64,000 nt of DNA from contig OX597831.1 of NCBI GenBank assembly GCA_951406725.2, positions 78,740,001-78,804,000 on the forward strand, in the 5' to 3' direction. Positions 41,155 through 56,794 of the stretch are shown here, piece by piece. This DNA comes from Octopus vulgaris. Its lineage: Eukaryota. The position numbers and the translations under genes were made by a program. Under the pieces are notes generated by a model, which was not told the origin of the DNA, ran no database searches, and saw nothing but the letters and a program-made list of their open reading frames with translations. The first letter of the stretch is position 1; the number at the start of each line of letters is the position of its first letter.

Positions 41155-42284
41155 ATATGGTTTTTCTCCATCACGAGAAGACGGCAATCAACATGTGTAT
41201 AGATTTATGTGTATATAAACATACATACATACACACACATATATATATATATATGTTTCTATCTATCTATCTATATATATATCTATAATATCGATATTAT
41301 CCTTATTAATAAATTTATATAATTCGTCAGTATATTCACTGCGGTGTTTATTTTGACCACATCGCGCTTATGAGGTGGTTGGCGGGCGATTTGAACTGGC
41401 CTTGTGCATACGTACGTATATATGTATGTATGGACGTTCGTATATGTAAGTATAACGTGTGTTCTGTATATTTATATTTGTATTTATGTGCCCCTCTGAT
41501 ATATTCAACTGATGAATGCAGAGCTTATTCGAAGCAAAGCTAGAAATCCAGTATCTTGAATTATCCAGTAAAATCTTTGTTGCTAGTTTATTTTGTCTTT
41601 CTGTCTTATCTCATGGTGCGATATGAACATTTAAGGTGGTTTTTAGAGTCAGGGTTTTGACTGCTATTTCGGCATGGTGGTGTCTCTCAGATACCCTTAT
41701 TTATAGTTATATATATATATATATATATATAAAGTTAATCCAAACAAGAAAACAAAAAACAACAACGGAAGGATGTGGAACAAATATGGTATTATTGGAC
41801 GCTCAGGAAAGAAGGGAAGAAGGAGGATTCGACGTTTCGAGCGGAGCTCTTCGTCGGAAACATAGGAGAAAGAAACATCCCGAGATGGGAAGGACAGAGG
41901 AAAAAAAGTGCAGGTAGTCTACACGAGGTCACATATATATATATATATTTATTTATATGTTTCTCTTTTCTCCCCCTCTTTCACAATGTATATGCTCTCT
42001 TCTTTCTCCTCTCTCCCTTTCACCCGATTCTCGTTCTCTCTCCTTCTTACTCCATCGAGATTCATTCGCACGTGATGTTATTTCTTTTGCTTTTTGATAT
42101 GACAGTTTTGTTATTGATTCCATCTTTTGGCGAAACAGTCATTATTTTGTAGTGATTGTCAAATTTAGAGAGTGGTGGGCATGTAAATATTAGTGGATGG
42201 GGCATTGTGAGAGAAAAGTAGATACAGAAATGCGTGGAGGGCTGTGTGCAAGACTTGATAAATAGATAGATAGATAGATAGATC

Positions 42285-42316
<32 letters not shown>

Positions 42317-42317
42317 C

Positions 42318-42385
<68 letters not shown>

Positions 42386-43292
42386 GTAGATGGGCGTATG
42401 CCTTGTTGGTTGTTTCGGTGACTGGATGGACGAACAGACGGATGGAGGGACGGAGGGATGGATGGATGGAGGAAGGTATAGACGGACAGACTGACAGACA
42501 GACCGGCTGGCAGATAGATAGATAAAAAGAATTAGCACTGCACTACAAGTTTTCTTGTATCATACCATCAAAACCACTACAAATATCCATCGCACCATTA
42601 GCACAAACATAAACTCACTGCACTCAACCACCGGCACCACCACCACCATCACCAGCACCACCACCACCACCACCATCACCGCCACTAGCACTCCATCACC
42701 AGTAGCGCCACCACAACTATCATCCTCGTCTTCACAAACCAGCACCATCGTCTTCACCAACACTCCATGAAATCACCATTAACTTACCGTCAGCTACCAA
42801 CAGTAAGACAACCAACAACATGAGAATCACAACCACCAATACCATTACAACCACCACCACCACCACCACCACCACAAATACCACTATTACTACTATCACT
42901 CCCACGGCTACATCCAGTACCACCAACACCTCTGTACACCACAACCTTCACCCGCACCACCACCACCGACACTATTACCACTGCCATCACAACCACCAGC
43001 ATCTCGCACCACCACCACCATCACCCTCACCACCACTTCCGCCTTTACCACCACGAATAATAAATTCACCAATATTACCATCCTTAGTGGAGTCCTATTC
43101 TAGTTCATTCATTCATTAACTTTTTAATTATCATCATAATTAGAATATCCATCACCACCATCACCACCATTACCATTGCCGCCATGATCGTTACATCATT
43201 TTCAGCAACAGCAGCAGCAGCAGTATTATTATGAGCATATATGAACACGACCTTTAATCATCATCACCATCATCATCACCATCATCATCATC

Positions 43293-43386
<94 letters not shown>

Positions 43387-43673
43387 CCTTCGTATATTCA
43401 TTCACCATTCATCGTCGTCGTCGTCACAACCAACTTCTTCGTTCGCGCCATGATCATCTCTCATCGTCATCGTCAACGAAGGAGGAGGAGAAGAAGGGAG
43501 GAAGAAGGAGTAGGAGGAGGAGGGCAGGTGGAAGTTGAAGAAGAAGAAGGCGAAGAAAAAGAAGTATAAGAAGAAAGACGAGGGGAGGAGGATGAAAAAG
43601 AAGGGGAGGTAGAGGAGGAAGTGGAAGAGGCAGAGGAGGAGGAGGATAAGGAAGTTGGATAAGAAGAAGGGGA

Positions 43674-43704
<31 letters not shown>

Positions 43705-43989
43705 AAGAAGAAGAAGAAGAAGAAGGAGAGGAAGGAGAAGGAGAAGGGGGAGGAGGAGAGGAAGAAGAAGAGGTGAGGAGGAACTGGAAGATGACGGGTC
43801 AATACCCTGAAACTCGAGTTCGTATGTATCATGAGTTGAAGACGGGAAGGATGGCTTCCCTTTGCAAATACTGATAGGGCACAGAAAGTGTGTCTATAGC
43901 CAGCTGGAGGAGGTGTCCTCCTGGGGGTACAAACTACAGTAGCATCCACCCTTAGGGGTTAGCCATATTCAAATGGCAAATATACGTCA

Positions 43990-44033
<44 letters not shown>

Positions 44034-44044
44034 GCATAAATAGA

Positions 44045-44195
44045 TAAGTTTCTTTATTGGCCACACAGGGCTGCACACAGATGAGACAAGTTACAAGGTA
44101 GAGCTTTTCTTTTGGGGGATGAAGAGAATAAAAAACAAAAGAAAAAGAAGGGGGTGGCGTAGGTTTTCGATCAAGAGGGATCGTAAAAGGGAAGA
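44045..44195 (-). mobile_element. Tx1-clade LINE 3'UTR fragment
   Basis: Homologous to 38018-38180 and 50780-50897, with GATA repeats at the flanks. Confidence 0.7.
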
Positions 44196-44331
44196 TAAAT
44201 AGATAGATAGATAGATAGATGGATAGATACGTACATACATACATACATATATACATACATAGACAGACACACAGACAGGCAGGCAGGCAGTTACACAGAC
44301 AGACAGACAGATAGATAAATATATAGATAGG

Positions 44332-44387
<56 letters not shown>

Positions 44388-44903
44388 CAGATAGATGGAT
44401 GGATCGATGGATGGATTGATAGACAGATATAAGAATATGTACCTATATATATACATGATTGTATATACATATACGCGCATATACATACAGACATGCATGT
44501 ATAGGTACATAAATATATAGATATATACACACATCTAAACAAACGCACTGGATTACAACCATTCATTGGTATGCCAATACCTACACAACATAACCGAACT
44601 AAAAGACAAAAATGAATTCTCCCCGTTGACCAGTTGGAGATTTGGCCAACTCGGACACGAGTCGAAGAATTCTGACAAAATGCCAAAACTGGAAAAACAA
44701 GGAGATTAACATCAATTCCATGATTGCAATGAATCCAGTGATTCCAACCAATCTCACACAGGTTTCGGTAATGGCTAATGTTTCCAAGTCTGTGCCATTT
44801 TATGTGTGTGTGTGTGCGTGTGTGCGTGTGTGCGTGTGTGCGTGTGTTAGTATGTGTATGCATGTTTATGTATGTATAAAAACATGTGTGTATGTATATA
44901 TAC

Positions 44904-44974
<71 letters not shown>

Positions 44975-45117
44975 AGTGTGTGTGTGTGTATATATATCCA
45001 GGAAAATTGATATAAACAGAATACATGAATGTATAGATATGTGTGTGTATGCTTGCGTGCGTGTGTGCGTGTTTATTAGCTTTCTGGATGTTCATGTATA
45101 AAAAAAACTATATATAC

Positions 45118-45155
<38 letters not shown>

Positions 45156-45203
45156 TTATCTATCTCTGTCTCTCTGTTTCTTTCACTCACTCACTCACTC
45201 ACT

Positions 45204-45281
<78 letters not shown>

Positions 45282-45587
45282 GTCTGTGTGTGTGTGTGTG
45301 TGTGCATGTATATATATTAAATATATAGTACTTTGTAGTTTCACTTTATAGTGCTCAAAATTTAGGATATGGCCATGCTGGAGCAACGAGGTTTGAGTGA
45401 ATGCTACTTTGACAGCTCATGCGTATCTATCTGTGTGTGTACATATATACGTGTGCTCACGCATTTCCTGAGCGCCATACTAATACAATTGTTCGTTTGT
45501 TTTCCACCTGCCTTCGTCTTTTGTATATTTTCATAAAGCTTCCCGTTATATATATATATATATTTGTTTTTGTTTTGTTTTGTTTTT

Positions 45588-45977
<390 letters not shown>

Positions 45978-46230
45978 AAACTGCTGTTTATCTTAGTTTT
46001 ATATGTATATATACACATATACATTTGTATATCTGAATGTGTGTGTGTATATATTCACACGCATACACACACACATCCACTTCTATACATATCTATATTA
46101 AGTTTAGATTCCTAATACGAAATATGGAGAAAGGAGCAGTTTTGCACTTTTAATATTCTTGTTCACTTCTGCCTGTCTTTCTTCCTTTCTTTCCCTATTT
46201 ATAAATTTCTCTCTCCCTCTCGCTCTCCTC

Positions 46231-46645
<415 letters not shown>

Positions 46646-47385
46646 ATCAATTTATCTCTCTCTTTACATACGCATACGTATGCTTACACATACACGCATG
46701 CGTGCAAGCTCACACACAGTCTAACAAACACACACCCATATACACACAAGTAAACACACACCTATACACACACACACACACTCTTATTCGGACACACACC
46801 GACATACACATGTACATACGCACACTAGCAATCCATATAACCAATGGATGTCTACGCAAGATCTCCACGAAGATAGGCATTTATTTAAAAACATCAATAA
46901 GACATTTTGGCGAAAACGCGTAAATAAGGAGGAATGGAGTTGTTCTGTGGACGTCGTTCTTCTCTTTTCTTAATGGACATGTCTACTTGAGGTGGTCTGC
47001 GTTATTGAACTCTTCCTACTTACCATTATTTCACCGTTTCTGCCGTAACCTTGTCTGCTATGATCGCAATGGTATTAACAGTCCACTTTAGCAGGAACGC
47101 GCGCAGATATGCACGCAGGCGCATAATGGCATACACGCGCACATACACACGTGTTTACAGGCGTACATGCATACACAGATGCAGATATAAATGTACGTAC
47201 GTTTCTATGCATGCTTTTAATATGCATTCACACATACAAGAATGTGAATACACACACACATATATATATATGTATGTGTGTATGTACAGATTTGTATATT
47301 TGTATATATACTCACATAAATGTATGTATATACGTATATATATATGCATGTGTATATATATGTATATATATACATATATATATAT

Positions 47386-47436
<51 letters not shown>

Positions 47437-47596
47437 CATACATACATATATGTAAGTATATCTGTATACATATCTGTATATAAGTATATAATATGTATAT
47501 ATATATGATATCCTTATATACGACATATATAGCATATAGTCAATGATAGCAAAGCGTACTCAATACTTTCTATGATGTGTATATAGAGATGTGTTT

Positions 47597-47628
<32 letters not shown>

Positions 47629-47718
47629 TGGTGATTAAGCACTTGTTGATGAAGTCCTGGATAAGAAAATTAAGATTTGTAAATCTCACAAGGTGAGATA
47701 TTCAACTACATTACTTTG

Positions 47719-48009
47719 GAGTAAAGATTGTTTGCCAACACTACTTGGCAGTCCTGGTGTAGGACGAATGTTGCTGTAATTTAGCCCCAGGAGACATCGT
47801 CTCCAAGTGGCTATGCGACACGATCTGTGTCCTTATATACAGATATTGTTTTGAACTGAGTAGGGGTGCCAGATTCCCTTGTTCGAAAATATAAGTACAC
47901 AGATCGTGTCGTATAGCCAGCTGGAGACGACGTCTCCCGGCGCTAAATTACAGCAACATTCGTCCTAAACCAGGACTGCTATGTTATGTTGGCAAACAAT
48001 CTTTACTCC
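47719..48009. repeat. Foldback element, arms of about 120 bp
   Basis: GGAGTAAAGATTGTTTGCCAACA.. / ..TGTTGGCAAACAATCTTTACTCC. The inner arm is related to the 59077 element. Confidence 0.88.
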
Positions 48010-48199
48010 TAAGTCCTGTATTACTTGGAGCCTCACACATCTATATAATAGGCAAGTAACCATTTAAATATCTCTCCCGAATGGAAACGTAGTTGCAAGT
48101 GGTTAGTATGTCGCCTGCTTAAGCTTCCTTTCTTAGAACGCTGTTTCTTATTACTGAAAGCAGATTGCGTTGGCTAAATACTTGACGGCTTTGACTAAA

Positions 48200-48589
48200 T
48201 CTCTCTATATATAAGCTGAAGTTGTCTGTGTATGGCAGGTTTGGTAGCCTTCAACTAACACTATCTCCTTCGAGACCCTGTGGCGCAAGTTGACCAAAAT
48301 TGAGAGTATTATAGAATAAGGCTTGCTCTTCCTTCCGTAGAAGAATAAATTCAAACTGGACCATGTTAACACCAAAAATTATGTACATCATAAAGGTGCT
48401 TTTTTTACGAAAATCCCTATTTTTTACGATTTTTCGACTGCTGTGTCGCCAGTTTTCGGTGCATTTCAACCAGAAAAAATGTTCACTTAAAGAGAATAAC
48501 AAGCTACATAATGCAAACTTTTTACTTTTCAAAAATTCCAATTCTAAAGGGTCGAAACAAACTCGACCAACGCCGGGCGATACTGCTAG
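48200..48589 (+). mobile_element. Non-autonomous Helitron
   Basis: A|TC start, GC-rich subterminal segment and CTAG|T end. A second copy lies at 35129. Confidence 0.75.
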
Positions 48590-49400
48590 TGTATTATAAA
48601 GTAAGGGAACCGACTAATCCAAGCTCTATAGTTTTCTTTTTTCTTTTTTAGCAACACATTTATCTTTGCGACTCTTTATTTTTTTTCCGTCGTAATTTTC
48701 CACAAGTTACCTCCCGCTGCACGGGATATTCAACAGACCGAAAATATTTTATGAGATATATCTGACTATGACTGCTGTTACAGAATCTCTCGGACATTTT
48801 ATTTTATTTTACTGTGTGGTATAGTGAGCTGTTTTTGTATCTGAATTTTGCCAGGTATATATTAATTAGACTTTGCGCAACCTTTAAGAATTTGCAGCAG
48901 TTCACAAAATTATTACATCATAATAAGTATATCAAAATTATTTTAAGTTAGTGCAGTACAAATTTGTCATTCGTTCTTAAGTCTTTAGATCAAATGAATG
49001 AGAGAAATGGAGATTTCCTTATTCGTGGACCAAAAGGGATAGGGTTGTTGGTTGTAATTCGTCTTAAAGTTGTTAGTAGTGAGCCCCTATGACTCCTTTG
49101 AAATATGCAAATTGATGTAATTCCTGCTTGAAATAACACTAGTTTGAAAAGGCAGCTTAACTTAGGAGGACATTTATATATATATTCGTTCGTTTAGAAC
49201 AGGCCATGTTCCTTTGAAACCTTCCATAAGAAACCCCTTTCATGCCCTCCTGGATACTATTCAGAAACCTTACAGTATTATCTATTCGAAAGCAAAAATT
49301 ACTAGTCGGGGGGAATGAGACATGACACTTTTCAAATAAGCTTTTACAAAGCTACCAAATTTGGAGGTTTAATATCTGTTCAAGAATTTACCAAACATAA

Positions 49401-49901
49401 TTAACCCATTAACTGCCGAATTTTCTTATTCATATTTTTTATTTTGCCAGGTGTCTTGTATTAAAGTTTCTTCATATGTAAATTATTTTCGAAATTATGA
49501 TAAATTGTTCGAAAAGTTCCCAATAGGGATCGCTGAAAAAACATTTTCTTCATTTTCTATTTAATTTCGATAATAAAAATTTTAGTTTTTTTGGAACTAT
49601 AGTATCAAATGCGAATGTGTATGAAATATCAATGAATGATTTGGATGGAGAATGCAAAAAAAGAGAAACATTTTCAAAACAGTCAACATTTTGTAGTTCA
49701 AAAACTGCCATTTATGACATAAAATGTCGTCTGGAATTAGACAGAGTTAATAATGACAAACTTTTAATTACTAAATATTGTTAAACACATCTCTGCAAAT
49801 GCAATATTCATAAGCAATTCACTTTAAATGCAACGAAGAACGGGCTGTGAGACTGTGTTTAGCAGATCCCCAAATGGGGCTCATAACAGGCAATGGGTTA
49901 A
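49401..49901. mobile_element. Possible piggyBac-like non-autonomous element
   Basis: TTAACCCATT ... AATGGGTTAA termini. Confidence 0.35.
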
Positions 49902-50340
49902 GATCTTCCAATTCATGCGGATCGCAAAATATTTAACAACAGAATCATTAGATAATATTTATCTGTATTTCATTTTTTCTTTTCTTTCTTCTCTGCTTCT
50001 CTGGTATTTTTCTTTCTATAGTTGGTTTATTTTTCTACGTCACAATTTTTATATAATCTACTCCAACCCTCATGGCTTATCAGCTTTACGCCGACGTTTA
50101 AATTCATTAAATAAATAACATGGAAGTTACAAAATAGACAATGGTATACGAACAACACGTGTGTGTGCGTGTGTATGTGTATGTATGTATGCAATAATAG
50201 GTGCCTGTCTGTCTGTGTGTCCGTAAAACTACGAGAAAGCTTTCATGAAAAACGTTAAATTCATATCTGTCGGTCTGTCTATTTGCCTATCTCTCAATTT
50301 ATCTATTTGTCTATATCTATGTTTTTCTGCTTATCCATCC

Positions 50341-50420
<80 letters not shown>

Positions 50421-50449
50421 GTCTATCTATCTATCTATCTACCTATCTA

Positions 50450-50897
50450 TGAGAGGCAAGTTTTGTCTAGTGAATGTTTTAAAAAAAGATGGGTGAATGT
50501 AGCAAGGATGGCACGTATGAATGACGAAGCCACTTTGACTATGATTCTATGAACCGTAAAAATTAATACAGAGAGTTGCTTATTTGCAAAAAAAAAAGAA
50601 ATATAACATGTGACTTCATTGACCGAGGTAACCGTGGTCTTTTCCGTAGGCTTTTCTTTCCACGGGTAAATCTCACCTGTCCTCCCCTTTACACTTCATA
50701 TTGACATTTCTGTGATAACGATCCAATCCCCCCCCTTTTTAAATTTTATTTTATCCCCCCCTTTTTTTGTCCTCTTTCTTTCCATTTACGATCCCTTTGA
50801 TCGAAAACCAAACCCCTTCTTTTACCCCCAAACGAAAAGCTCTACCTTGTAATTTTGTCCTGTCTGTGTGCAGCCCTGTGTGACTAATAAAGAACAT
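50450..50897 (+). mobile_element. Tx1-clade LINE 3' end (ORF2 terminus plus 3'UTR)
   Basis: Encodes ERQVLSSECFKKRWVNVARM, matching the end of the 38018 element. The 3'UTR is homologous and (CTAT)n lies on both sides. Confidence 0.8.
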
Positions 50898-51457
50898 ATC
50901 TATCTATCTATCAATCTATCTATCTATCTATCTATCTGTCTGTCTGTCTGTCTGTCTGTCTGGCTGGCTGACTGGCTGGCAGGCTGGCTGGCTGTCTGTC
51001 TGTATGTATATATGTATGTATGCATGTGTGTGTGTATGTATGTATGTATGTATGTATGTATGAATGTATGAATGTATGTATGAATGTATGTAGGTATGTA
51101 TGTAGGTATGTATGTGTGTGTGTATGTAAGTATATCTATATTGAGCTATCTATTCATATGTAACAACATTGTTCAAATATGAGTATATATGCATATATGC
51201 GTATGTGACTTTATATACTTTATGTGTAAGTGTTTATATAAGTATGTATATAAACAAATATATGGGTGTGTGTGTGTGAATGCGTGTGTATATATACATA
51301 TATATATGTATATATATATATGTATATATATATATGTATATATATACATATACATATATATATGTATGTGTGTAGACATATGTATATATAAACATGCAAT
51401 TATATATATATGTATATATATATATATGTAATATATATATATATATATATATATGTG

Positions 51458-51502
<45 letters not shown>

Positions 51503-53446
51503 AATCCAAACGGGAAACAAAAAAACAACAACAATGGAACAATTACAGTATTATTATTAATAGGCGCTCAGGAAAAGGAAGCAGGGAGGTATGACGTTTC
51601 GAGCGGAGCTCTTCGTCGGAAACATAAAGAAGGAAGAGAGAGGAAAGAAAGATCCCAGAGCGGGCAACGGGGATAGAGAAAAAAAAAACGACTAGTGTTT
51701 AGGAGTTACACATGGTGAAAGGCGGATGTTTACGATAACAAGAGCAAAGTGGGTTTTTAAAGGCAAAAGAGTGGAGACAAGGTTGGTAACGCAACAGATG
51801 TGTGTGTATGTGTGAGTGTGTGCGTGTGCGTGTGTGTATGTGTGTGTGTGAGGCGAGATATAAAAACAAAAAATATATGTATGTGTTAGTGTGTGCGTCT
51901 GTGTGTAGGCGTGTGAGGTAGGGCGAGACGGTGGTCAGCATAGCAGCAGCAAGCAGACAAAGGTCAGTAGTAAGAAAAGGAAGGAAGGAGGAAGGGAGGG
52001 AGGGGAAGGGGTGGGGGCGTATGTAGCGTGCCAGCGTGTGTTGAGTAGTAGTGTGTGTGTGTGTCCAGTGTCGTGGTAGTATTAATGGCGAGTAGATTGA
52101 ATGTGTGTAAGAGTAATGTATATATTTAAGCAATGTGTGTATATGTGTGCGCGTGTGTGTAACGAAAAAGGGGGGGTTAAGGAAAAGGACTCCAGCTGAG
52201 GGGAAGATGGAAGAGTGGTCCCGCGGAGACGGGCGTGGGAAAACCCAACGACAAGCGACGATCCCAGGAACGGGCGGGAGGTCTCGTCGGGTCCAAGGGC
52301 GAGGTGCATGCGGCGCGTATGCGTGCGCGAACTGGCGCAAGCGCGTGTGTGCGCGCGCCTGCGAGTGTGCGCGTAAGTATGTGTGTGTGTGGATGTGTGA
52401 GTGTGTCTGTGTGTATGTCTGGGTGGCAGTGTGTCCGATGAATGTATGTAAGTATGTGTGTATATGTGTGTGCATAGATGTATGTCCGTGTGTGTGTGTG
52501 TGTGTGTATGTGTATGAGTGTGTATGTATGTACGTGTGGGTGTGGGGAAGTGTGTGTATGTGCATGTGTGTGCGCGAACATACAGGTGTGTGAGTGAGTG
52601 TGTGTGTGTGTATGTATGTGTGAGTGTGTATGTATGTGTGTATAGGATGCATGTATGTGTATGGGTGTATGTATGCGTGTGTGTATGTATGTATGTGTAC
52701 GTGCGTGTGTGTGTGTGTATGCGTGTAGGTGTGCGCGTGTGCATGCATGCATGCATGTGCGTATGTGTGTGTGTGTGCATGTGTGTGGGTATATATGTAT
52801 GTGCGTATATGTGTGTGTATGTGCGTACATGTGTGTGTGTGTGTATGCATGTGTGTGTGTAGGTGTGTAGGCGTGTGTGTATAGGTGTATGTATGTAAGT
52901 ATGTATATACACACACATACATATATATATGAATACAAATAGTACATAAATAAGTATACATACAGTGCATGCGTACATAAAATCATTTAAACATACATAC
53001 ATGCATACATACACACACATACATACATTCATGTATGCATACGTAAATACATACATACATATATACATACATATACACACATGAATACATCGGTACGTAC
53101 GTATAAACACACACACACATCATTCCCGTGTGTTTCCTTGCAAGAATCTGTGCGGAAATCCAAGTTCTAAGGGACCTTCTTTTTAACTGTAATCTGTGAT
53201 TAATTCATAGGAGACAGATCTGATGGTTTCACGCCTCCTTCGACCTCCTTCTCATGGCTTCCGTTCATGTGCGCAAGTGGAATAAATACAAGTAAGGAAA
53301 AAAAAATAAACCCAGAAAGTCAGCAAACGGCACATTAAATACAGCCAGCCAAATGTGTGGATAGGAGAACTTACTTACATATCTACATACGTACGTACAA
53401 ACATATTCATAGATGTGTATATTATGTATGATTTTGTGTATGTATG

Positions 53447-53489
<43 letters not shown>

Positions 53490-53491
53490 AC

Positions 53492-53524
<33 letters not shown>

Positions 53525-53705
53525 GAGATGGAAAGAGCGAAAGAGAGAGAGATGGAAAGAGCGAAAGAGAGAGAGAGAGACAGAGAGAGAGATGGAAAGA
53601 GCGAAAGAGAGAGAGAGAGAGAGAAGAGATAAATAGATAGATACATACATACGTAGATAGGTAGGTAGGTAGGTTGACAAATAGATAGGTACGCTGATAG
53701 CTAGG

Positions 53706-53805
<100 letters not shown>

Positions 53806-54226
53806 GAGATAGATAGATAGAGAGGGAGAGAGATAGACAGATAGATAGATTGATCGGCATACATTTGTATGTACATATATGTGAGATAGTTATATTTCTC
53901 TGTCAGTGTGTGCATTTGTTATTTATGTATTCATATACCTACGTGCGCGTAGTAACTGGCATGTAGAAAAATGCTCCGAAAATGTACAAACACATGCACA
54001 TCCACAGACACTCAGATACGTACACACACACACACACACACAGATTTACACTTGTGCGAGTTCTATGCGTAAAATATCTATTTCTTTTGTTTGTGTCTGT
54101 ATGTGTGTTTCTGCATGCTAGAGTACATACATACATAATGCATGCATACATACATACATACATACATACATACATACATACATACATACATACATACATA
54201 CATACATACATGCATACATATAATGA

Positions 54227-54617
54227 GATTGGATAGAGAAGAGAATCTGTGTATAGTTGTGGAAATTATCTGCCCAGCGGATGTTAACATAAAGCTAAAT
54301 AAAGAGAATACCTACGCTGAACCATTGAGAAATCTGGTGTTACTCTATCCAGATTACAAGTTCAGGTTTATACCTGTAATTATTTGTGACCTAGTATATG
54401 TAACAGACTGCCTAAATACCAATATTGAGAAATTAGGTCTCTCAAAACCAGAAAGGTGAAAGCCTAATTCGAAGACTACAGATTCAATCCATCACTGGAA
54501 CTGTAAAAATCTGTAAAACTTCCCAGACGTTTATCATTTAAATATACATGAGCATTTCTAGATTTGCGACTATATGCATGAGAATACATACATAAAAAAA
54601 ATCATACAAATCTGCAC
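54227..54617 (+). mobile_element. 3' end of a restriction-like-endonuclease non-LTR retrotransposon (R4/Dong-like)
   Basis: DREENLCIVVEIICPADVNIKL..KENTYAE..IPVII..LQIQSITGTVKICK matches the pattern of RLE C-termini. It has an internal stop and follows (TACA)n. Confidence 0.7.
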
Positions 54618-55302
54618 ATATACATACATATATATAAACAAAAATACCCTGTTGTTGATGTCGAAATTCCGACCTCGTGTGTACCGTTGGCGAATTTTTT
54701 CCTGTCTAGACTTCTCGGGATCTTTCCTTCTCCTATGTTTCCGACGAAGAGCTCCGCTTGAAACGTTGAACCATCCTTCTTCCCTTCTTTCCTGAGCGTC
54801 CAATAATACTATATTTGTTCTACGTCCTCGCGTTGTTGTGTTATTTTGTGTTTTCTTGTTTGGATTAACTACGTATATATATACATGCATATATGGGTAC
54901 GCGACGTTACCAACGGTGCAAATAACATGAAATTCGTAACCAAAAGAAGGATAAACGAGTGAAACACGTAAACAAAGAGATACGAATGGAAAACAGGACA
55001 AGTAAACACAAAGTAGTAAATTCATTTTAATGATTCACTGATTATAAACTATAATAAAGTAATTATCTTTGCATGGTTAATGTCGCGAAACAAGTGTTGT
55101 GATATCAGACTTTCCAATGGTTAAGTAAATTTTATCATGCTATATTTCTCTCGCGTTTTTCTCTGGCATCGTGCTGTATATTCTATATGTTTTGTAGAAT
55201 GTTATATTAAGGAGTTTCTTTTATGAGTATTAGGTGAATCCATATATTGAAGCGTAAAATTATGTGTGTGCGTGTGTGTTGGGAAGAACGTAAATAACGT
55301 TT

Positions 55303-55393
55303 AATGTTTACTACAGCTGTTTCGTTAGGATTTTTTCCATGCATTCACGGACTGACATCATTGATTAAATCCACCATCATCAGGTAACATTTT
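55303..55393 (-). ncRNA. Type I hammerhead motif, partly decayed
   Basis: AUGUUAC CUGAUGA ..GGAUUU..AAAUCC.. GAAAC AGCU GUA GUAAACAU, with palindromic ACAGCUGU. Confidence 0.6.
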
Positions 55394-55508
55394 AACCAGC
55401 CGTAAACTGTTAAGATCAAACTTTGATGATGATTTGTCCTTCAACAAATCTCCCTCTCTCTCTACGCTATGAGGGACTCTTCAAGCCAAAACTACCGTAA
55501 TGAATACA

Positions 55509-55573
<65 letters not shown>

Positions 55574-55621
55574 TAAATACATAGATATGTATATGCATAT
55601 ATATATGTGTGTGTGTATGTA

Positions 55622-55671
<50 letters not shown>

Positions 55672-55925
55672 AGTAGGTGAATGAATTATCCTAGTATTGA
55701 TAATTCGGTTAATCTGTACCTTGGTTGCAAATTCACGTTAGAAAACACGGTTGAAGCTACATGCCAAGGGCAGAAACCCCTTCTTATTTTCAGAACTTCC
55801 TCCTTCCAACCAATTTTGGCGTCATTGCTTATAACGGATTTTTTAAAAAAACGCTCATTATCACTGTGGACACCATGTAGGCAGTCATAAAAAAGTTTTT
55901 GTTCGTCTTAAGGCTGATAGAGGTT

Positions 55926-56020
55926 CCTTGTCTTTCCTGATGAGAAGACGGCATAATGCACACTTTATTCCTTCGGGATTAAGAGAATGCAGTTTTCGAA
56001 ACATGTGTTGAAAGTAAAGG
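55926..56020 (+). ncRNA. Type I hammerhead ribozyme with long stem II
   Basis: Stem I CUUUC/GAAAG (extended by CCUU/AAGG); CUGAUGA at 55937-43; stem II GAAGAC/GUUUUC; GAAAC-AUGU-GUU with the ACAUGU palindrome. Confidence 0.75.
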
Positions 56021-56178
56021 AATTTTGTTAAAATCTTCGTTCGACTCCATTCTTTCATTTATTCATATATATATATATAAATATATAAAATTAAATAAGG
56101 GTAGAAATTGATATTAATCAATTAAAACCAGTGGCCTAGCATATTTTAAAAAATCCGAAGATTAAAAAGTTTTTAACT

Positions 56179-56380
56179 TACAAAATTTTGAGGATTGACC
56201 ACTAAAAGTGGACAGCCTATATGCTAAACATAGACGTCAAAATCGCCATTTTCCACGAAGAATGTGTTTCAAAATTTGGTTTTTTGCCGAATTTTTTCTT
56301 CGTCGAAAATGGCAATTTTGACGTCTATATCTAGCGTATAGACTTTCCACGTTTAGTGGTCAGTCCTCTAAATTTTTATA
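56179..56380. repeat. Imperfect foldback
   Basis: GAGGATTGACCACTAAA..ATAGACGTCAAAAT / ATTTTGACGTCTAT..TTTAGTGGTCAGTCCTC. Confidence 0.8.
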
Positions 56381-56425
56381 TAAATATATATATTGAGAGA
56401 TAGAATTATATGTGTGTGTATATAA

Positions 56426-56497
<72 letters not shown>

Positions 56498-56794
56498 GTA
56501 TATACATACATACAGAGAGAGAGAGAAATGGATAGCCAGATTAATAGATAGATGTGAATGTATGTATGCATGCATGTATAACTAGCTCAGTATACGGGCA
56601 CTTTTCCTACTTTCCTCTTTCTCTCTCTCTCTCTCTCCATCTCTCTCTCTCTTTCTCTCTCTGGCTCGTACCAAATGTTGTCTGATAGAATTCATTTCTA
56701 TAATTTAGTTTTAAAATCGATAATGCATGTCTCTTCCTTTGTTGCTGATGCTCTTAAGTACACGCACACATATGCACGCACACACACATATATA

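Noticed and set aside
47017-47100. Minus-strand exon ending at GTAAGT
   Set aside because: There are stops in all three frames.
51699-53116. 423-aa and 344-aa His/Thr-rich ORFs
   Set aside because: Degenerate (CA)n/(TG)n sequence, probably the upstream extension of a family 1 repeat.
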